A stretch of 64,000 nucleotides of DNA from Candidatus Binatia bacterium (GTDB lineage Bacteria > Desulfobacterota > Binatia > UBA9968 > CAXXLF01), in the NCBI GenBank assembly GCA_963664015.2, contig CAXXLF010000001.1, forward strand, positions 448,001-512,000, read 5' to 3'. The notes under the pieces are model-generated. The model made no database searches, was not told the DNA's origin, and saw nothing but the letters and a program-made list of their open reading frames with translations. The position numbers and the translations under genes are program-made. Shown in pieces: positions 58,820 through 64,000 of the stretch (positions are counted from its first letter, which is position 1; each line of letters begins with the position of its first letter).

Positions 58820-59752
58820 ATGCAACTCAAAAACTATCAGCGAATATTTATTTTCATCCTTGGGGTGCTTGTCCTGACCTGCTTGCTCAGTCCCTGGGCT
58901 GCTTGGACACTGGACCTTATGAGATCCTGGCGTCCCCAGTGGCAGGGTCTGGAACAACCCTTTGCCCGAATCTTCAACCGGACATTTATGGTATTGGGAA
59001 TCCTGTTGTTCTTCCCCTGTTTCGGATTTCTCAGAATCAGTTCGGCGAAAGATCTTGGACTGACTAATTTGCGACGTGGCTACGGCTACATCATACTCGG
59101 GGCCGGATTGGCTGTAATATCCTTTGTCATCATCGTCATCCTAATGGTAGCGGCGGATATATTCCAACCCGCATGGCGGGTCACGCTCGCCGTAGGACTC
59201 CAGCGCTCTTTCAAGGCCGTGATGACCGGGTTGACCGTCGGCTTGATTGAAGAGGTCTTCTTTCGCGGGATAATCTTTAAAGGATTACTCGACGAATGGA
59301 GACCCATGGGGGCCTATATTGTGGCCAACGCTTGGTATTCGGCAATCCACTTCATCAAACCGGCACAGAAGAGCTACGTGCAGGACTTTGACCCCTGGCT
59401 GGGATTTTACCATCTGGGCCATACCTTCGAACCGTTTACCGACCCTGTTGCCCTGCTCCCAGGGTTCTTTGGTCTCTTTCTACTGGGCGTCGTCCTGAGC
59501 TACGCCTTCGTGCGTACCGGCTCACTCTACCTTTCCATCGGATTACACATGGGATGGGTCCTGGCCATTAAGAGTATCAAGATCTATGGAGGTTATTCCA
59601 GCGCCGACCTGGGTTGGATCTTCGGCTCCGCGAATCCGAGGTTCGTGAGTGGAGTTGCAACCTGGGTGGGCTTCCTTGCGATTACCATGATCGTATATTG
59701 GCTTACACGCGAGGGCCAAAGAGGAGAATCTAAAATAGAAGATCGAGAATAG
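58820..59752 (+). CDS. CPBP (CAAX/Abi) intramembrane metalloprotease
   Basis: EEVFFRG, S.IH, TGSL...IGLH..W. Confidence 0.88.
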   Translation: MQLKNYQRIFIFILGVLVLTCLLSPWAAWTLDLMRSWRPQWQGLEQPFARIFNRTFMVLGILLFFPCFGFLRISSAKDLGLTNLRRGYGYIILGAGLAVISFVIIVILMVAADIFQPAWRVTLAVGLQRSFKAVMTGLTVGLIEEVFFRGIIFKGLLDEWRPMGAYIVANAWYSAIHFIKPAQKSYVQDFDPWLGFYHLGHTFEPFTDPVALLPGFFGLFLLGVVLSYAFVRTGSLYLSIGLHMGWVLAIKSIKIYGGYSSADLGWIFGSANPRFVSGVATWVGFLAITMIVYWLTREGQRGESKIEDRE

Positions 59753-59783
59753 AAAATAGCGTCGATCCTCCATGCACTATCCT

Positions 59784-60437
59784 CTATCCTCTAATTCTGA
59801 GATCCGCCGCCGCGAGCAACGGTTTGACCTGCTCTATAATACGCTCTCCCATAATCGCGTAACCGGCTCCGTTGGGGTGGATGGAATCGGAATTCAATCT
59901 GGGGTCCGAGAAAATTCCTTCGAGCAGGTTCGGGACGAGCAAGGCTCCAAATTCGTTGGCAATCTCCTGATAGAGGGGGCGGCACTTGTCCCCGAATAAC
60001 CCGAGCTTGAGACCCACAAGGACCACCATAGCTCCCTGATCCTGAATACGACGGATCATCTGTTGAAGAGCTTTTCGGGTTATATCGATGGGGACGCGAC
60101 GGAGAAAATAGTTTCCCCCAAATAACACGACAACTAAACGGGGATCCTTGGCGAGAACGTGCCTATCCAGCCGCGCAAGGCCCGCTGCCGCTGTATCCCC
60201 GCGATTCCCGGCGTTGATCACCGGCCTTTGGAGTGCCTCGCCCAAAAGAATGAGATAATCCTTACCGCCTCCAGCTCCCACACCCTCGGTCAGGCTGTCG
60301 CCAAAGCAAATGATGCTCTTCCCTACGGAGCCCAGGTTTCGGACAGCCGAAAAATACCCGACGACCGGCTGGCAAGAGCAAAGGAAAAGACACAAGATGA
60401 AACAAAAAAGCCTTTTTAAATGAGTGAGGTAAGACAT
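59784..60437 (-). CDS. GDSL/SGNH hydrolase (TesA/arylesterase-like) lipoprotein
   Basis: FGDSLT, NAG..G, GGN, D.IHPN; lipobox LCSC. Confidence 0.9.
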   Translation of the reverse strand: MSYLTHLKRLFCFILCLFLCSCQPVVGYFSAVRNLGSVGKSIICFGDSLTEGVGAGGGKDYLILLGEALQRPVINAGNRGDTAAAGLARLDRHVLAKDPRLVVVLFGGNYFLRRVPIDITRKALQQMIRRIQDQGAMVVLVGLKLGLFGDKCRPLYQEIANEFGALLVPNLLEGIFSDPRLNSDSIHPNGAGYAIMGERIIEQVKPLLAAADLRIRG

Positions 60438-60568
60438 CCTTTCTTAAGCATACCATAATGCTTCCATGGGCTACCATTCGATCCATTTTCCCTACACCCG
60501 ACACCCTACCCCCTACACCCAATTTTCCGACTCAATCCTATTATCGCTGAGAGCTGGCAGCTATGTTA

Positions 60569-60821
60569 GGCGACCGCTAAGAACTTCGTCGTGAGCTTAG
60601 CCGAACGGAACGGCGCCTAAACCCGAACACTCCTTAGGAAACGACTCAACGGCGACGGGGGAGGGCCCCGAAGAAAGGGAGACGTCCGATACGAATAGTT
60701 CCGTTACCAAGCAGCCCTACTGACCGAAGCAATCAAGACCTCAAGGCAACGGCCCATCGGCGACCGCAAAGGGCTTCGTCGTGAGCTCAGCCGAACGGGA
60801 CGGTCCCTAAGCCCGAACACT
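60569..60821. repeat. Two 63-bp direct repeats with a 190-bp period
   Basis: ggcgaccgc.aag..cttcgtcgtgagct.agccgaacgg.acgg..cctaa.cccgaacact at 60569-60631 and 60759-60821. Confidence 0.85.
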
Positions 60822-61013
60822 TCTGGGATGACCATTCCTTCGGACGCAACTTCCAGAGTCACCCCCCGTCAAAGTCAGTAAATTTAAAATGGATAAGACT
60901 CTATAATTCTTCTTCTCTATACCCTGGTCTCAGTACCCTAACCCCTATCTTCCCACTGCATATAGAATGCGAGTTTTCTTAAGGATTTCAAATGCTTCCC
61001 CACTCACATCCTT

Positions 61014-61041
61014 GACAGCCAGGTGCGAGTAAGCTATGTTA
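61014..61041 (+). promoter_or_regulatory. Putative sigma-70 promoter for the SAM-riboswitch leader
   Basis: TTGACA ...N17... TATGTT, about 20 nt upstream of the riboswitch; coordinates approximate. Confidence 0.5.
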
Positions 61042-61059
61042 GCCGAGCTTAGCTTAGGA

Positions 61060-61186
61060 CCTTATCAAGAGTGGCAAAGGAGCTGGACGACTGAAGCCAC
61101 AGCAACCGGTTTCATCCATTAGATGGAAGTTTGGTGCTAATTTCTAACCCTGAAGGCCAGCATCAAGCCATGGGGGAAAGATAAGG
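61060..61186 (+). ncRNA. SAM-I (S-box) riboswitch
   Basis: CTTATCAAGAG..., kink-turn region, CAGCAACC, GGTGCTAA, GAAAGATAAG closing P1. Confidence 0.9.
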
Positions 61187-61192
61187 TGCGGT

Positions 61193-61228
61193 AAAGACCT
61201 CTTCTTATCAAGGAAGAGGGTTTTTTGG
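61193..61228 (+). terminator. Intrinsic terminator (SAM riboswitch expression platform)
   Basis: cctcttc-ttatcaag-gaagagg followed by a T6 run; its cttatc can pair with the 3' P1 strand gataag to form an antiterminator. Confidence 0.85.
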
Positions 61229-61241
61229 AGTTATAGCGGCA

Positions 61242-62036
61242 ATGACCCTCCGGCTAACACCTGACCAAATCGAACGATACAGTCGCCAGATTATGATCCC
61301 CGACCTTGGCGGCAAGGGCCAGATACGGCTACGCGAGCGGCGGGTCCTGGTCGTTGGAGCCGGCGGGCTGGGCTCTCCCGCAGCCCTCTACCTGGCGGCG
61401 GCGGGGATTGGAACCTTAGGTATCGTGGATAGCGACCGTGTGGAACTCTCTAATTTACAACGGCAGATCCTCCACTCCACGACCGACTTGGGCCGCCGAA
61501 AAGTAGACTCGGCCAAAGACCGCTTGAACCAGCTCAATCCTGAAGTTGAGGTTGAGACCCATCCCGTACGTTTGAATCAGGATAACGCCTTTCAAATCAT
61601 GGAGGGGTACGACTTCGTGATCGACGGTAGTGACAACTTTGAAACCAAGTTTCTGGTCAACGACGTTGCCGTGACTCTCGGTAAGGCATTCTCTCACGCA
61701 GGAATCATACGATTTCAGGGTCAAACCATTACCGTGATCCCCCATCGAAGTGCCTGCTACCGGTGTATTTTCAAGGAACCACCGGCGCCGGGAGAAATCC
61801 AAAGCTGCCAGCAGGCCGGCATCCTTGGTGCTATCGGAGGCACCCTGGGATCTCTGCAGGCAACGGAAGCGATAAAATACTTCCTGGGCCTACAGGAGGA
61901 GCTGTTGATCAACCGCCTACTGACCTATGACGCAAAAGAAATGAAGTTTCGCACCCTGGAAATGCGACAGGATCCCCAGTGCAAGACCTGCGGTAATGCA
62001 GCAACGCTCGACACCCAAAACCCGGCGGCCTGCTAA
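61242..62036 (+). CDS. ThiF/MoeB/HesA-family adenylyltransferase
   Basis: RYSRQ, GAGGLG, D.D.VE.SNLQRQ, CYRC, C..C. Confidence 0.93.
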   Translation: MTLRLTPDQIERYSRQIMIPDLGGKGQIRLRERRVLVVGAGGLGSPAALYLAAAGIGTLGIVDSDRVELSNLQRQILHSTTDLGRRKVDSAKDRLNQLNPEVEVETHPVRLNQDNAFQIMEGYDFVIDGSDNFETKFLVNDVAVTLGKAFSHAGIIRFQGQTITVIPHRSACYRCIFKEPPAPGEIQSCQQAGILGAIGGTLGSLQATEAIKYFLGLQEELLINRLLTYDAKEMKFRTLEMRQDPQCKTCGNAATLDTQNPAAC

Positions 62037-62053
62037 AAGAAGGGAAAGGATTC

Positions 62054-63321
62054 ATGAGCTTTGTCAAAGGCTTGAAGTGCAAAGAGTGCGGCCAGGAATA
62101 CCCCCAGCAGCCCACTCACGTATGTGAAAACTGTTTCGGTCCCCTTGAGATCGTTTACGACTACGATGGGATCCGGAACGTGATCAGGCGCGAGGCCATT
62201 GCCTCGCGCCCTCACAACCTTTGGCGTTATCGAGAACTGCTACCTATCGAAGGTGAGCCCAGAGTCGGCCTCTATTCGGGCTATACGCCACTGGTTCGAG
62301 CCGACCGGCTGGCAAAGGTCTTTGGCGTGAAGGAGCTTTACCTCAAAGACGACTCGGTCAATCATCCGACTTTTTCCTATAAGGACCGTGTTGTTTCGGT
62401 GGCAATCTCCAAGGCCATCGAATTTGGCTACGACACTGTATCGTGCGCATCAACGGGGAACCTGGCAAATTCGGTTGCTGCCCATGCCGCCAAGGCCGGG
62501 CTCTACTGCATCGTGTTCATTCCCGAAGGTCTGGGACAGGGAAAAATCGTCGGATCAGCCATCTATGGTCCTCGCACAGTTGCCGTCAGAGGGAACTACG
62601 ATGACGTCAACCGACTCTGCAGCGAAATCGGGGACAAGTACCGCTGGGCCTTTGTTAATGTTAACCTCCGGCCTTATTATGCGGAGGGAGCCAAGACCCA
62701 CGGTTTTGAAATAGCCGAACAACTTGGCTGGAAGTTGCCCCGCCATTTCGTGGTTGCCTCCGCCGGTGGGACCATCCTGCCCAAGGTTGCCCGGGCATTC
62801 GAAGAGCTTAAGCTATTGGGATTGGTTGAGGACCAAGAATGCAGCATCTATTCTGCCCAGGCCAGCGGATCGGCACCTATTATCAATGCCCTCAAGCAGG
62901 GTACCGATGTCATAACCCCGGTAAAACCCAACACCATCGCCAGTTCCATCGCCATCGCGATCCAGCAGACGGTTACTATGTGCTTCAGACGATTCGTGAG
63001 TCGGGGGGCTGGGGTGAGTGCGTTACCGACGACGAGATCCTTGAGGGGATCAGCCTCTTGGCCAGGACTGAAGGAATTTTTACCGAACCGGCAGGGGGTA
63101 CCGAAGTTGCAGTGACAAGGAAATTAATCGAACAGGGAAGAATTCCGAGAGACGAATCTATTGTTGTTAGCATCACGGGAAATGGCTACAAATCCCTGGA
63201 GGCCGTCGCCGATACCGTTGACAAGCCTGTCTGCATCGATGCCGACCTCAATAGATTTGACGAACTCCATCTCCAATGGAACCCGGATTCGATCAGGAAG
63301 GCGGCGGCTAGCAGGGGGTGA
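62054..63321 (+). CDS. Threonine synthase-like PLP enzyme (1-nt deletion near 62958)
   Basis: N-terminal Zn ribbon, NHPTFSYKDR, CASTGNLA, NLRPYYAEG.KT; C-terminal TEGIFTEPAGG...ITGNG.K lies in the shifted frame. Confidence 0.85.
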
Positions 63322-63404
63322 GCTTTGGCTTCCTGACACCTTGAAAGCCAGAGCCATAAGGTTTATAAAAGACATTAAACTAGATTTTTAAAGGAGGTTT
63401 AACG

Positions 63405-63683
63405 ATGAGCGCACGCGTGCGAGTGCCAACATCACTAAGAAAATTTACCCAGGGAGCCGACGAAGTCGACGCCCAGGGAGAAACCATCAAGGATTTGGTC
63501 GACAACCTGGAACAGAATTATCCGGGTATCAAAGAGCGAATTTGCGATGACACGGGAAAGGTCCGCCGATTCGTCAACGTATACGTCAACGGAGACGATA
63601 TTCGTTTCTTGCAGAACCTGGAGACCGCAGTGAGCAACGGAGACAATATTTCCATCGTTCCAGCCATCGCTGGTGGGACCTAA
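63405..63683 (+). CDS. MoaD/ThiS/CysO-type ubiquitin-like sulfur carrier
   Basis: V.VPT.LR..T.G, RRFVNVYVN.DDIRFL, IVPAIAGG-T; AGGAGG RBS. Confidence 0.93.
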   Translation: MSARVRVPTSLRKFTQGADEVDAQGETIKDLVDNLEQNYPGIKERICDDTGKVRRFVNVYVNGDDIRFLQNLETAVSNGDNISIVPAIAGGT

Positions 63684-63701
63684 CCCGCCTTTTTCTCTCT
63701 T

Positions 63702-64000
63702 ATGTTAAAGCCAGTCCGCCGCCTCTCGGAGGTCGCCGATCGGTTGGCCGAACCCCGTAAAGTCGAATCTATACTCGATTTGATTGGCGATACTCCGCTT
63801 TTAGAAATTCGAAAGATCTCTCGCGGAGTAGCCCCTGGCGTACGAATCTTTGCCAAGCTGGAGGGACTCAATCCCGGCGGCTCGGTGAAAGACAGACCGG
63901 CCCTCAAGATGATTAAGGAGGGGATCAAATCGGGACAGTTAAAAAAAGGGAAAACCATTATTGAATCGACCTCGGGAAATACCGGTATAGCCATAGCTAT
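63702..64000 (+). CDS. PLP-dependent cysteine synthase (CysM/CysK family), partial
   Basis: Manual translation ...SILDLIGDTPL...AKLEGLNPGGSVKDR...IESTSGNTGIA; runs off the window. Confidence 0.92.
   Translation, partial: MLKPVRRLSEVADRLAEPRKVESILDLIGDTPLLEIRKISRGVAPGVRIFAKLEGLNPGGSVKDRPALKMIKEGIKSGQLKKGKTIIESTSGNTGIAIA

Noticed and set aside
60569-60821. CRISPR array
   Set aside because: Only two 63-bp repeats with a 127-bp spacer, and no cas genes in the window.

Overview
A 64 kb, mostly core-chromosome segment of an uncultured Gram-negative bacterium; gene content and intergenic repeat style suggest a deltaproteobacterial-grade lineage such as Ca. Binatia (inference only). It encodes a class II (B12-dependent) ribonucleotide reductase under tandem NrdR boxes, MlaEFD, HflKC, RlmD, an ECF sigma/anti-sigma pair, three bactofilins with an M23 peptidase, an osmoprotectant-type ABC transporter, a cobalamin uptake locus (tonB-btuB-btuFCD-cobQ) with two cobalamin riboswitches, nucleoside/purine salvage genes, three SDRs, and a SAM-I riboswitch-controlled moeB / thrC-like / sulfur-carrier / cysteine-synthase operon. 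No rRNA, tRNA, CRISPR array, transposase or integrase was seen. The most unusual signal is non-coding. (1) Six copies of a 130-190 bp IS200/IS605-like non-autonomous palindromic element: its terminal TGA is the stop codon of the adjacent gene in five cases, and it supplies a Shine-Dalgarno and overlaps the start codon in the sixth. (2) Inverted arrays of 7-mer and 9-mer tandem repeats that bracket pgpA, build large intergenic palindromes and also sit inside both B12 riboswitches. Eight genes carry internal stops or frameshifts, so part of the apparent decay may be consensus error.
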